DNA from: an uncultured Chloroflexia bacterium
Lineage (GTDB): Bacteria; Chloroflexota; Limnocylindria; Limnocylindrales; CSP1-4
DNA: 64,000 nucleotides
NCBI GenBank assembly: GCA_963712745.1
Contig: CAVQJC010000002.1
Coordinates: forward strand, 32,001 to 96,000
Reading direction: 5' to 3'
Below the pieces are notes generated by a model. It worked only from the letters and a program-made list of their open reading frames with translations, had not been told where the DNA came from and did no database searches. The position numbers were made by a program, and so were the translations under genes. Positions within the stretch are counted from its first letter, which is position 1. Every line of letters starts with the position of its first letter. Shown one piece after another: positions 36,261 to 46,390 of the stretch.

Positions 36261-37859
36261 ATGCATCTGCTGCCGCGAGCGCTCGTCGTCTTCATCCTCG
36301 CCCTCGGCCTGGTGCTGATGGCGCTGCCGGCCACGGCAGACGACCGGCTGGAGCAGCGCGAGGTCTTCGGCTTCCTGCCCTACTGGGAACTGGGTCGTTC
36401 GGACGGGATCGACCTCGACACCCTCACGACCCTGGCCTGGTTCGGCGTGGAGGCAGGCCGGGACGGCCGACTCGTGCGCGAGACTCCCGAGGGAGAGCTG
36501 ACGCCCGGCTGGGCGGGCTGGACGAGCGAGGAGTTCGCCGCGCTCCGTGAGCGAGCACAGGCTGCCGGCGTGCGGGTGGTGCTGACGATCGAGCAATTCT
36601 CGTGGTCGGAGGCCGGCAGGCGAGAGACGAAGAAGCTCCTCTCCGACCCGGCGGCGAGGGCGATGCTGGCCCGCGAGATCACCGACTCTGTCACCGCCGC
36701 CGGGGCCGACGGCGTGAACCTTGACTTCGAGCCGCTCCCCAGGAGCAGCCGCGGGGACTTCGTGCAACTCGTGCGCAAGGTGCGTCGTGTGCTCGATACG
36801 GCTGATCCATCCCTGCAGCTGACGTTCGACCTGACTCCGGATGTCACGTCGTTCCCCTTGAAGCGGCTGGTGGCGGAAGGGGCGGCCGACGCCGCGGTGC
36901 TCATGGGTTACGAGTACCGCACGCCCGGCAGCAAGGTCGCGGGCTCGGTCGCTCCGCTGCGAGATCCAGACGGACTCGATGTCAGGGATTCGGTAGAGCG
37001 AGCCGTATCGCGAGCGCCCGCCGAGCGTGTGATCCTGGCCATGCCCTGGTACGGCCGGGCATGGTCGACGAGGACGGCCGAGGTCGGGGCTCGAACCCGG
37101 CGGAGCGACCGGTTCCTCGCATCGTCCACGGCCTTCTACCGTGTCTCGGTGCCGCGCGCCGCCTCGGCGGGCCGGCTCTACGACGCCAAGCAGGCATCCG
37201 CCTGGAGCGTCTACGGGTCGCAAGCCTGCGAGACCTGCCCACTGAGCCCGAGACAGCTCTGGTACGACGACGTCGACAGCGTACGGGCGAAGGTCGGCCT
37301 GGCCCGCCGCAAGGGCCTGCGCGGGGTGGGCATCTGGGCACTCGGCTACGAGGGCGAGCGGACCGAGCTCTGGTCGGCGCTGCGCTACGCCATGGACCGT
37401 CCGCAGGACGAGATCGCGCCCGTGGGCACCGCGCGCATCAGCGGCGAAAGCGTGCTCGGCCAGCGTGACGAGCTTCCGGTCGTCGGCGAGACGGTGACGC
37501 TGGAACTCTCGGCGATGGACGGGATCGGTGGCAGCGGTGTCGCGTTCGTACGCGTCGCTCGACGTGGCCAAGTCGGGGAAGACGGCGAGCTCAAGCGTGG
37601 CACGACGTACCCGGCGGTCGAGTCGGTGAGCGTTACCATGCCGGACGTCGACCCGGCAGACGAGGTCTTTGCCCCCGACGTGGTGAGCCCGTCACCCGAG
37701 CCGGCTTCCGACGAGGTCCTGGCGGAACCCGGGGTGGTCGCCATCCGGGTCCAGTGGCGAGACATCGCCGGCAACTGGTCCGCGCCCGTGACGTTGCGCG
37801 CGTACTTCGACCCCGGGGCCGGAGCGGCCTCAGTGGCGGACGGTGGCCTCTCGCAGTGA
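36261..37859 (+). CDS. Secreted GH18 glycoside hydrolase with a C-terminal Ig-like domain
   Basis: Signal peptide, FGFLPYW, DGVNLDFE, LMGYEY, PWYG, GVGIWALG; C-terminal RDIAGNWS. Confidence 0.88.
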   Translation: MHLLPRALVVFILALGLVLMALPATADDRLEQREVFGFLPYWELGRSDGIDLDTLTTLAWFGVEAGRDGRLVRETPEGELTPGWAGWTSEEFAALRERAQAAGVRVVLTIEQFSWSEAGRRETKKLLSDPAARAMLAREITDSVTAAGADGVNLDFEPLPRSSRGDFVQLVRKVRRVLDTADPSLQLTFDLTPDVTSFPLKRLVAEGAADAAVLMGYEYRTPGSKVAGSVAPLRDPDGLDVRDSVERAVSRAPAERVILAMPWYGRAWSTRTAEVGARTRRSDRFLASSTAFYRVSVPRAASAGRLYDAKQASAWSVYGSQACETCPLSPRQLWYDDVDSVRAKVGLARRKGLRGVGIWALGYEGERTELWSALRYAMDRPQDEIAPVGTARISGESVLGQRDELPVVGETVTLELSAMDGIGGSGVAFVRVARRGQVGEDGELKRGTTYPAVESVSVTMPDVDPADEVFAPDVVSPSPEPASDEVLAEPGVVAIRVQWRDIAGNWSAPVTLRAYFDPGAGAASVADGGLSQ

Positions 37860-38648
37860 CCGCACCAGCGCCGCCATCGTCTCGATGTCCCGGCCGTCGG
37901 GCCCAAGCGCGTCGACCAGAGCGGAAGCGGTGATGATGCCGTCGGCCACCGGTGCGAGCTGGCGGGCGTGGGCAGGCTTGGACACGCCGAAGCCGACGGC
38001 CACCGGAACCGGGCTGACCTCGCGCACGGACCGCAGGAAGCGCTTCACGCCAGGCGGCAGCGAGGTGCGCGCGCCGGTCACGCCGGCCAGCGACACCGCG
38101 TAGAGGAAGCCCTGCGACCGACTCGCCACGAACGGCCGGCGCTCGACCGGAGTCGTCGGCGCCACCAGGTAGACGATGCCGATGCCGAACCCGGCGGCCT
38201 CGGCCTCCAGCCCGGCACCTTCGTCGGGCGTGAGGTCGGCCAGGATGAAGCCGGACACGCCGGCCTCGCCCAGCCGTCGCAGCACGGTCGCGCCGTCCTT
38301 CCCGCCGAGCACCTGGTTGACGTAGCCCATGGCCACCAGCGGGGTCTTCGGCCGGGCCTCGTGGATGCGCCCGACCAGCGCGATCGAGTCGTCGAGCGTA
38401 GCCCCGTTGGCCAGCGCTACGGTCGACGCGCGCTGCAGCGTCGCCCCATCGGCCAGGGGGTCGGAATAGGGCAGCCCGATCTCGAGCAGGTCGGCGCCTG
38501 CGTCGATCTGGGCCACGGCGATCTGGAACGAGGTATCGGCATCGGGGTAGCCGGCCACCGTGTACGGGATGAGCGCGGCGCGCCCCTCGTCGTTCGCCGC
38601 CCGGATGGCCTTGGTGATGCGGCTGGCACCCCTTGCCTTCTTGCTCAC
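37830..38648 (-). CDS. trpA: Tryptophan synthase alpha subunit
   Basis: [38 protein letters not shown]; GTG at 38648 overlaps the upstream stop. Confidence 0.95.
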   Translation of the reverse strand: MSKKARGASRITKAIRAANDEGRAALIPYTVAGYPDADTSFQIAVAQIDAGADLLEIGLPYSDPLADGATLQRASTVALANGATLDDSIALVGRIHEARPKTPLVAMGYVNQVLGGKDGATVLRRLGEAGVSGFILADLTPDEGAGLEAEAAGFGIGIVYLVAPTTPVERRPFVASRSQGFLYAVSLAGVTGARTSLPPGVKRFLRSVREVSPVPVAVGFGVSKPAHARQLAPVADGIITASALVDALGPDGRDIETMAALVRSLREATVRH

Positions 38649-41467
38649 GCCGCTCCCCCGTCCATGCCGGCCATCAGCCGGTCCTCGATGGCCGCGATGT
38701 CCTTGTCGCCGCGACCCGACAGCCCGAGCAGGACGATGTCGTCGGCCTCGGCCGCCTCCACGCCGTTCCCTTCCAGCAGATCGGTCAGTGCCCAGATCGC
38801 GTGGGCCGGCTCCAGCGCGGGCAGGATGCCCTCGGTCCTGGTCAGCAGGCGCACGCCCTCGAGCGCCTCGTCGTCGGTGGCGGAGAGGATCTCCAGCCGC
38901 CCGGCCTCGAAGAGCGCCGAGAGCTGCGGGCCGATGCCCGGATAGTCCAGCCCTGCCGAGATGGAGAAGGCCTCGGTGATCTGGCCGTCGTCGTCCTGCA
39001 GCAGGTACGAGCGCGAGCCGTGGAGCACGCCGGCATGGCCCGCCGAGAGGGCCGCCGCATGACGACCGTCGAGCCCCTCCCCCGCGGCCTCGACGCCGAC
39101 CAGGCGCGTACCGGTCTCGCCGATGAAACGGGTCATCAGGCCGATCGCGTTCGAGCCGCCGCCGAGACAGGCCATGGCGATGTCCGGCAGGCGTCCCTCG
39201 ACCGCCCGGACCTGCTCGGCCGCCTCGTCGCCGATGACGCGCTGGAGGTCTCGCACGATCGAGGGGAACGGATGCGGACCGACGGCGGAGCCGAGCACGT
39301 AGTGGCTGGTCTCGACGTTGGTGACCCAGTCGCGCATCGTCTCGTTGACCGCGTCCTTGAGCGTGGCCGTGCCGGAGGTGACCTCGCGGACCTCGGTCCC
39401 GAGCGCGCGCATGCGCAGCACGTTCGGCGCCTGGCGGCGGATGTCCTCTGCGCCCATGTACACGACACACTCCAGGTCGAGCAGGGCGCAGGCCGTGGCG
39501 GTGGCCACGCCGTGCTGGCCGGCCCCGGTCTCAGCGATGACGCGGTGCTTGCCCAGGCGCTTGGTCAGCAGCGCCTGGCCCAGTGCGTTGTTGATCTTGT
39601 GGGCGCCGGTGTGGTCGAGGTCCTCGCGCTTGAGGTAGAGGCGCAGCTGCCCCGCTTCGCGACCCGTCCGGCGCTCCATCTCGGCCGCCAGGCGGTCGGC
39701 GCGATAGACGGGCGTGGGCCGGCCGACGAAGGTGGCCAGGAGCTCGCGGAACTCGGCCCAGAACGAGGGGTCGCCGCGCAGGTCGTCGTAGGCCGCCTCG
39801 AGGTCGAGCAGCGCGGCCATGAGCGTCTCGGGCACGAAACGTCCGCCGAACGAACGATCGGTGCCCCAGCGACCCGCTCCGTCAGCGTCCAGCAGTCCGG
39901 GGTCGACCGGGCGCGGCCCGAAGGCCACAGTGGGACGGTCGACGCGAGCGGCGTTGGCGCGCTTGACCAGGAGTGCGACCTTCAGCGGGTCCTTGTATGG
40001 GCGGCCCTGCGGACGCGGCACTGGCTCGACGCCGCTGGAGACGTCGATGCCGATGGCCGGTACATCGAGGAGCGCTTCGGCCACGTTGGCCGCGGTCAGG
40101 CCGCCCGCGAGGATGAGCGGGATCCGGTCGGCGATGGCCCGGGCCGCCTCGACCGACGCGCGGCGACCGGTGCCCCCGAGGGCCGTCGGGTCGCTGGTGT
40201 CGAGCAGGATCGCCTGCAGGTTGGACTTGGCCTCGTAGGCCTCGGCCGTGGCGACGAGATCACCCGCGGAGGCCTCGGCATCGTCGGCAGCGGGGATGTG
40301 CAGCACCTTCAGCACCGGCAGCGGGATGGCGTCGAGGTCGCTCGGGGGCTCGGAACCGTGGAGCTGTACGGCGTCGAGATCAAGGCGGGCAGCGATGGCT
40401 GCCACCTCGGCCGGATCGCGGTCAGCGAAGACACCTACCAGTAGCGGGCCGTTGCCGGGGGCGTCGGCGGCGCGGGCAGAGGCGACGAGTGCCGCGGCCT
40501 CCCCTTCCTCGAGCGCACGGGGCGTGCCCGGCACGAAGTTGAGGCCGATGGCATCGGCACCGGCGGCGATGGCGGCATCCAGTCCGGCCGGCTCAGTGAT
40601 GCCGCAGATCTTGACGAACGGCGCGCGGCCATCGACCGCGGGGTCGACGCCGGGCCCGGGCAGGGCACCGGCACCTACGAGCGTGGCCACGCGGGCCTCG
40701 ACGGCGCCGGGGTCGGTCCCAGCGCGCATGAGGTCCTCGCCGACCAGCGCCCCGTCGAAGCCGAATGCCCGCCAGCGACGGACGGTGGCAGCGTCGTGGA
40801 CGCCGGATTCGGCGATGACGACGCGGTCGTCGGGCACCTCGGCCCGCAGTCGCTCGCACAGCGAGGTATCCACCGCCAGCGACTTCAGGTCGCGGTTGTT
40901 GATGCCGACGAGGCGCGCGTCGGTGGCCACAGCTGAAGCCAGTTCCTTGGAGGAGTGCGCTTCGACCAGCGGCTCCAGGCCGACGTCAAGGGCGACGCTC
41001 ACCAGTCGGGCAAGACGTTTGGGCGGATGGAGCGCGGCCAGCAGGAGCACCGCGTCCGCACCCGCGGCACGCAGTAGCGGCAGCTGGCGCGGGTCGACCA
41101 CGAACTCCTTGGCCAGCACCGGCAGGGTCGTGGCCGCGCGCGCGGTGCGCAGGTCGTCGAGCGAACCGCTGAACCAGTGCGGCTCCACCAGCACCGAGAT
41201 CATCGAGGCGCCGCCGGCCTGGTAGGCACGAGCGCGCTCGGCCACGTCCAGCGCGCCGTCGACCATGGAACCCGCCGAGGGGGACGACCGCTTGATCTCG
41301 GCGATGAGGTGCAGCCCGGGTCGGGCAAGTCGGCCGTTCACGTCCCGTCGCATGGGCCCTTCTGGCGCTTCGCGGATGACCGTCTTGAGGTCGCGGTCGC
41401 CCAGCTCGGCGGCGACGTCGGCCGCGCGCCGTTGGGCGATCTGGTGGAGGACGGAAGAAGCAACCAT
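38645..41467 (-). CDS. trpCFB: Trifunctional fusion: indole-3-glycerol phosphate synthase (TrpC) - PRA isomerase (TrpF) - tryptophan synthase beta (TrpB)
   Basis: One 940-aa ORF. TrpC: [22 protein letters not shown]. TrpF: VKICGIT, AVQLHG, LILAGGL, DVSSGVE. TrpB: [47 protein letters not shown]. Confidence 0.93.
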   Translation of the reverse strand: MVASSVLHQIAQRRAADVAAELGDRDLKTVIREAPEGPMRRDVNGRLARPGLHLIAEIKRSSPSAGSMVDGALDVAERARAYQAGGASMISVLVEPHWFSGSLDDLRTARAATTLPVLAKEFVVDPRQLPLLRAAGADAVLLLAALHPPKRLARLVSVALDVGLEPLVEAHSSKELASAVATDARLVGINNRDLKSLAVDTSLCERLRAEVPDDRVVIAESGVHDAATVRRWRAFGFDGALVGEDLMRAGTDPGAVEARVATLVGAGALPGPGVDPAVDGRAPFVKICGITEPAGLDAAIAAGADAIGLNFVPGTPRALEEGEAAALVASARAADAPGNGPLLVGVFADRDPAEVAAIAARLDLDAVQLHGSEPPSDLDAIPLPVLKVLHIPAADDAEASAGDLVATAEAYEAKSNLQAILLDTSDPTALGGTGRRASVEAARAIADRIPLILAGGLTAANVAEALLDVPAIGIDVSSGVEPVPRPQGRPYKDPLKVALLVKRANAARVDRPTVAFGPRPVDPGLLDADGAGRWGTDRSFGGRFVPETLMAALLDLEAAYDDLRGDPSFWAEFRELLATFVGRPTPVYRADRLAAEMERRTGREAGQLRLYLKREDLDHTGAHKINNALGQALLTKRLGKHRVIAETGAGQHGVATATACALLDLECVVYMGAEDIRRQAPNVLRMRALGTEVREVTSGTATLKDAVNETMRDWVTNVETSHYVLGSAVGPHPFPSIVRDLQRVIGDEAAEQVRAVEGRLPDIAMACLGGGSNAIGLMTRFIGETGTRLVGVEAAGEGLDGRHAAALSAGHAGVLHGSRSYLLQDDDGQITEAFSISAGLDYPGIGPQLSALFEAGRLEILSATDDEALEGVRLLTRTEGILPALEPAHAIWALTDLLEGNGVEAAEADDIVLLGLSGRGDKDIAAIEDRLMAGMDGGAA

Positions 41468-42621
41468 CAATCGGCCGTCCGGGCGGCGTCGGCAGTCCCG
41501 GCAGCGTCTCTCATGCCGGCTGCTTGGGCAGCCCCGGTGGCCTGGTCCGTCCCGGCAGCTTCGGCAGCCCCGGTGGCATGGTCCGTCCCGGCAGCTTCAG
41601 CCGCGCTCGTCCGCAGTCGCTCGAGTTGCTCACGCGCGGCTCCCGACGCGATGGTCGCCGCGGCCAGTTCGACGCCGGCCCGAAGGTCGTCGGCACGACC
41701 GGCCACCACCAGCGCCGCGCCGGCGTTGAGTGCCACCACGTCGTGCGCGGCGCCGGTCGGCTGGCCCTCGAGGATGGCCACGATGAGCGCCGCGTTGGCC
41801 TCGCCGTCCCCGCCCCGCAGCTCGTCCGTCTCGACCTCGGCCAGACCGTGGTCGGCCGTGCTCACGGTGCGCCGCTCCACGCCCGCCGGCGAGACGTCGA
41901 AGATGACACCGGAGCCGTCGAGCGGCAACTCGTCGAGGCGGTCGCCGTGGACCACGAACGCCCGCTCCGATCCGAGCTCGTGGAGAGCTGCCGCGACCGA
42001 CTCGGCGGCCGCTTCATCGGGCACACCCACGAGCTGTCGGCGTGGCCGGGCCGGGTTGGCCAGCGGGCCGATCATGTTGAACGCCGTGCGCACGCCGAGC
42101 TCCATGCGCACCGGGCCCGCGTGGCGCATGCCCGGATGGAAAGACGGCGCGTGCAGATAGGCGAAGCTGTCCTTGCGCAAAGACGCCTCGGCCTGCTCGG
42201 CCGACTGCTCGACGCGCAGCCCCAGCGACCGCATCACGTCCGACGAGCCGGCCTGCGACGAGACGGCGCGATTGCCGGCCTTGGCCACCGGCACACCGGC
42301 CGCTGCCACCACCAGCGCAGCGGCCGTGGAGATGTTGAACGTGCCCCGCACATCGCCACCGGTGCCGCAGGTGTCGATGGTGCCGTCGGGTGCCTCCACC
42401 GCGTGAGCCCGCGATCGCATCGCACGCACGAACCCGGCCAGTTCGCCGGGCGTCTCGCCCCGGGCGTGCATGCCCACGAGCATGCCGCCGAGCTGGGCGG
42501 ACGTAACCTCGCCGTCGAGCACGGCCGCCATGAACGCCTCGGCCGCCTCTGGCGATAGTGGCTGGCCGGTCGAGACCGTCCGAAGCGCGTCGCGGATGGC
42601 CTCGGGAACAGGTTCGGGCAC
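41467..42621 (-). CDS. trpD: Anthranilate phosphoribosyltransferase
   Basis: [32 protein letters not shown]; GAGGAGG RBS; TGATG coupling to trpCFB. Confidence 0.95.
   Translation of the reverse strand: MPEPVPEAIRDALRTVSTGQPLSPEAAEAFMAAVLDGEVTSAQLGGMLVGMHARGETPGELAGFVRAMRSRAHAVEAPDGTIDTCGTGGDVRGTFNISTAAALVVAAAGVPVAKAGNRAVSSQAGSSDVMRSLGLRVEQSAEQAEASLRKDSFAYLHAPSFHPGMRHAGPVRMELGVRTAFNMIGPLANPARPRRQLVGVPDEAAAESVAAALHELGSERAFVVHGDRLDELPLDGSGVIFDVSPAGVERRTVSTADHGLAEVETDELRGGDGEANAALIVAILEGQPTGAAHDVVALNAGAALVVAGRADDLRAGVELAAATIASGAAREQLERLRTSAAEAAGTDHATGAAEAAGTDQATGAAQAAGMRDAAGTADAARTAD
41527..41598. repeat. Two in-frame 36-bp tandem repeats in the trpD 3' tail
   Basis: ggcagccccggtggc(c/a)tggtccgtcccggcagcttc x2, encoding EAAGTD(H/Q)ATGAA. 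Confidence 0.8.
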
Positions 42622-42702
42622 GGGGTCAGGGCCTCCTCGGGTCGTGGGCTGTCGAGTGCGGTCCGCAGATGCTACCCGAGAGGCGCCTGCTATCGTGCTG
42701 CG

Positions 42703-43494
42703 GTGACCATTGACAGCAGCACCAGGCCCGATCTCGACGGGCGCACGCCCACGGCCGAGGACGTCCGGGTCGCTTTCGCTGACACCTGGGGAGACATGGG
42801 TCCCGCCTGGAACGTCACGCCCTCGGTGGCGCGCGTCCACGGCTACCTGCTGGTCGACGGTGGCACGCTCACCGAGCGCGACATCCGCGAAGCGCTGGGC
42901 CTGAGCCATCGCGCGGCCTCGCTGGCTCTGGCAGAACTGGAGGAGTGGCGACTCGTCGAACGCGTCGATGACGCTCCGCGAGACCCGCGGCCGGGCCCGT
43001 CAGCGGTGGCCTGGCGCGTGGTCGGCGATCGCTGGCGCTGGTTCCAGCGCGTGGCCGAGGAGCGGCGTGCGCGCGAAGCCGACCCGCTCCAGCCTCGCCT
43101 GGCCGTCTGCCTGGAGCTGGCCGATGAGGCCATCGAGGCCAGGCCGGACGACGAGGAGGCCCGACGACTGCGAACCTGGATCGCCGAGATCCAGGGCCTG
43201 GCCACGCTCTTCGACCGCGCGCTTCGGACGCTGTCGAGGGCCGAGACCGACGAGATCGCGCGTGGCTTCAGCGTGCTTGCCCGGGTCTCGGACGAGGCGC
43301 TCGACAGCCTATTGCGCCTGTTCGGCTCGCTGCCCGAGGACGAGCTGGCTGAGACGCTCGAGTCGCTGTCGCGGACCTCGCCCACGACCGCCCGGCGCGT
43401 ACTCAAGGCGGCCAACCGGATAGCACGGTCTGGGCCGCTAGGACACGCTAGGAACCGTCTGCGCACGGAACTGCGACCTACAATCCGGCCATGA
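42703..43494 (+). CDS. GbsR/MarR-like transcriptional regulator
   Basis: WGDMGPAWNVTPSVARVHGYLL, LGLSHRAASLALAELEEWRLV, RRAREADP. Confidence 0.78.
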   Translation: MTIDSSTRPDLDGRTPTAEDVRVAFADTWGDMGPAWNVTPSVARVHGYLLVDGGTLTERDIREALGLSHRAASLALAELEEWRLVERVDDAPRDPRPGPSAVAWRVVGDRWRWFQRVAEERRAREADPLQPRLAVCLELADEAIEARPDDEEARRLRTWIAEIQGLATLFDRALRTLSRAETDEIARGFSVLARVSDEALDSLLRLFGSLPEDELAETLESLSRTSPTTARRVLKAANRIARSGPLGHARNRLRTELRPTIRP

Positions 43495-44534
43495 CTGCGA
43501 CCACCTCCGACACACCAGCGATGACCGGCCTGATCAAGCGCGACCGGGGGTCCGAGAATGTCGGTCTCGGCCAGGTCCCGCGTCCGGTCGCCGGAACCGA
43601 TGAGGTCATCATCGAGGTCTACGCGGTGGGCATCTGCGGCACCGACCTCCATATCCAGGACGACGAGTTCCCGAGCACCCCGCCGGTGGTCATGGGCCAC
43701 GAGGTCAGCGGGCGCGTGGTCGAGGCCGGGCCCGGGGCCGAGGACTGGGTCGGGGAGCGCGTCAGCCCCGAGACCTACTTCTACACCTGCGACCGCTGCC
43801 CGGCCTGCCTCGCGGGCCGGCGCAACCTCTGCCCGGCCCGCCGCTCCATCGGCAGCCACGTCGACGGCGGCTTCGCCAGGTACGTGAAAGTGCCGCAGCG
43901 CAACCTCCACGCCGTCCACGAGTCGGTCGGTGAGCACGCCGGCGCCCTCTATGAGCCCTTGAGCTGCGTGGCCCAGTGCCTGTGCGATCCGGCCGTGGCC
44001 AGCCCCGGTGACAGCGCCCTCGTGATCGGCCCCGGTGCCATGGGCATCCTCACCGCGCAGGTGCTCCGGAGCCAGGGTGCCGAGGTGACCATCTCCGGTA
44101 CGCCGGGTGACCGGCAGCGGCTCGACATCGCCGAGTCACTGGGCCTGACCACGGTCCTCGCGGCCGATCTCGAGAGCGTCATCCCCGGCGTCGGCTTCGA
44201 CGTCGTAGCCGATGCCTCGGGGGCAGAGCGCGGCATCGACGCGGGATTGCGCGCCATCCGCAAGGGCGGCCACTACGTGCAGGTCGGCCTCACCGGCAAG
44301 CCCATCAGCGTCGACATCGACCTGGTCTGCCTCAAGGAGCTGGTGGTGACCTCGGGCTTCGCCTCTACCCCACGCTCGTGGCACCGGGTCGAGAAGCTCA
44401 TCGCCTCTGGCGCGGTCGTGCTCGACCCGCTCGTCACCGACGTCGCGCCGCTCAGCGCGTGGGAGACCTCGTTCGGGCGTACGCGAAAGGCCGATGGGCT
44501 CAAGCTCATGCTCGATCCACGCATGGACGCCTAG
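43491..44534 (+). CDS. Zinc-binding (polyol/sorbitol-type) dehydrogenase
   Basis: GICGTD, GHE, structural Zn site CDRCPAC...NLC, EPLSC, GPGAMG. Confidence 0.9.
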   Translation: MTATTSDTPAMTGLIKRDRGSENVGLGQVPRPVAGTDEVIIEVYAVGICGTDLHIQDDEFPSTPPVVMGHEVSGRVVEAGPGAEDWVGERVSPETYFYTCDRCPACLAGRRNLCPARRSIGSHVDGGFARYVKVPQRNLHAVHESVGEHAGALYEPLSCVAQCLCDPAVASPGDSALVIGPGAMGILTAQVLRSQGAEVTISGTPGDRQRLDIAESLGLTTVLAADLESVIPGVGFDVVADASGAERGIDAGLRAIRKGGHYVQVGLTGKPISVDIDLVCLKELVVTSGFASTPRSWHRVEKLIASGAVVLDPLVTDVAPLSAWETSFGRTRKADGLKLMLDPRMDA

Positions 44535-44575
44535 GCCGAATCACCACACCGAGTCAACCACAGGAGGACCCCCTG

Positions 44576-45391
44576 ATGAGCGCCACCTTCAGCCTCGACG
44601 GCAAGAACGCCGTGGTCACCGGCCTGTCCACCGGCATCGGCCGGGCCATCGCAGAAGCCCTCGCGCGCGAAGGAGCCAACGTCGCGGGCGACTATCAGAA
44701 GGACGCCGAGGCAGCCCGTATCACGCGGGGCCTCATCGAGGCACAGGGTCGCGAGGCGCTCATCCTGCAAGGTTCGACGGCTGACGAAGCTCATGTCGAC
44801 GACATGGCCGACCGAGTCGTCGAGCAGTGGGGCAGCCTCGACATCTGGGTCAACAACGCCGCGCGCATCTTCGTCAAGCCGTTCCTCGAACTCGCGACCG
44901 AGGAGTGGCACGGGCTGCTCGCGGCCAACCTCCACGGCTACATGTTCGGCTGCCGCGCGGCGGCTCGGAAGATGGCGGTCCAGGCGGGCCCCGGGCGCAT
45001 CATCAACATCACCAGCCAGTCGGATATCCAGGCCATCAGCGGCTTCAGCGCCTACATCACGGCCAAGGGCGGCATCAACGGTCTCACCCGGGTGCTCGCG
45101 CTGGAGCTCGCCGACTACGACATCACCGTCAACTCGGTCTCGCCCGGACCCACGGATACGCCCTTGAACGCGACCGCCTGGACGCCGAAGGCCCGGGCCA
45201 CGTATCTCGAGCGCATCGGTCTGCATCGCATCTCGGTGCCGGAGGAGACGGCCGATGTCGTCTGCTTCGTGGCCTCGCATGCGTCGCGCTTCATGACCGG
45301 GCAGGAGATCATCGTCGACGGCGGCCTCTCCATCAACGGCAACGTGGGTCACGCCAAGACCGACCTCGAGGGCGGCGAGGTCGACAAGTAG
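44576..45391 (+). CDS. Short-chain dehydrogenase/reductase
   Basis: TGLSTGIG, NNA, S...YITAK, PGPTDT; AGGAGG RBS. Confidence 0.92.
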   Translation: MSATFSLDGKNAVVTGLSTGIGRAIAEALAREGANVAGDYQKDAEAARITRGLIEAQGREALILQGSTADEAHVDDMADRVVEQWGSLDIWVNNAARIFVKPFLELATEEWHGLLAANLHGYMFGCRAAARKMAVQAGPGRIINITSQSDIQAISGFSAYITAKGGINGLTRVLALELADYDITVNSVSPGPTDTPLNATAWTPKARATYLERIGLHRISVPEETADVVCFVASHASRFMTGQEIIVDGGLSINGNVGHAKTDLEGGEVDK

Positions 45392-46269
45392 TGCGCCGTA
45401 GGTCTTGGGGGTCGCGGGCTTGGGGACCGACTGCTGTCGCGCTGGCGCTCGTGGCGGCGGGTGCGGCCGTGGCGCTCTCCGTGCAGCTTGCGAAGGCGGG
45501 ACCTGAAACGACTCTCCTCGACCCGGGCGCCGAGCCCCGCGTCACGCTTCGCTTCGAGCTCGACGAAGGCACCAGCACCGACTACGTGATCACCACCGAC
45601 CGCTCCGATCGCCTGACCGTGGACGGCGAAGCGGAGCCACGGGAACGCACGGCTTCGACTGCCCTCGGGACGCGGACGGTCACGGGGGTCGCCGCGGATG
45701 GACGCTACCTCATCGAGACCTTCACCGCGATCGACGGAGGGCGGCCGTTGAAGGCTGGCGCACCCGACGTCGATGTCCGACCGTGGCTCATGGACGATCG
45801 CGGTCGGATCTGGGAGGCCGGCGCAAGTGAAGGGCCCGACGGGCCTGCCTCGCTCATCCTGCCGGAGGAGCCGGTCGGGGTAGGAGCGACCTGGGAGACG
45901 GTCGCTATCGCAGGTGGGCCGCTCGGCGGGGAGCCGGTCTTCGAGGCAACGACGGTCACGACCACGACGCTCGTGGACATCCTTCCCGATGGCCGCTACG
46001 CGCTGCGCGGCGAGGTCGTGATGACCGCGAGCGATCAGGCGGTCCCGTCTTCAAGGTTGCCCGACGGGGTCACGGCCGTATATGACCAGATCGACCTTGC
46101 GGGTGAGTATCGATGGCTACTCGACCCGTCGGACCCGGTCGTCTTGTCGGATGGGCACATCGAGGGCAGCACGTCGGTCGTGGTCACCATGGATGGCCTG
46201 GCGAGGACCTACCTGAGCGAGTCCGTCGCGGATGTTGCCATTGACCCAGCGGATGGCACCCCGGAGTAG
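45391..46269 (+). CDS. Exported/membrane-anchored hypothetical protein (DUF6263-like)
   Basis: N-terminal TM helix, LLDPGAEPR..LRF, LPEEPVGVGATW. Confidence 0.6.
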   Translation: MRRRSWGSRAWGPTAVALALVAAGAAVALSVQLAKAGPETTLLDPGAEPRVTLRFELDEGTSTDYVITTDRSDRLTVDGEAEPRERTASTALGTRTVTGVAADGRYLIETFTAIDGGRPLKAGAPDVDVRPWLMDDRGRIWEAGASEGPDGPASLILPEEPVGVGATWETVAIAGGPLGGEPVFEATTVTTTTLVDILPDGRYALRGEVVMTASDQAVPSSRLPDGVTAVYDQIDLAGEYRWLLDPSDPVVLSDGHIEGSTSVVVTMDGLARTYLSESVADVAIDPADGTPE

Positions 46270-46390
46270 GCGGCCCCACGTCTCGCCGTCCCTGCTCCCA
46301 TACGTGCGTGAAATGAGTCTTTCCCCGATGCCGTGAGTTCGGCTTAGTCCGACGCTTGCCTCGACGTTCAGAATCGAATGGGGCAAGACG

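Noticed and set aside
37830-39470. 546-aa TrpA with a long N-terminal extension
   Set aside because: The extension overlaps trpB in another frame; the real start is GTG at 38648, coupled to the trpB stop.
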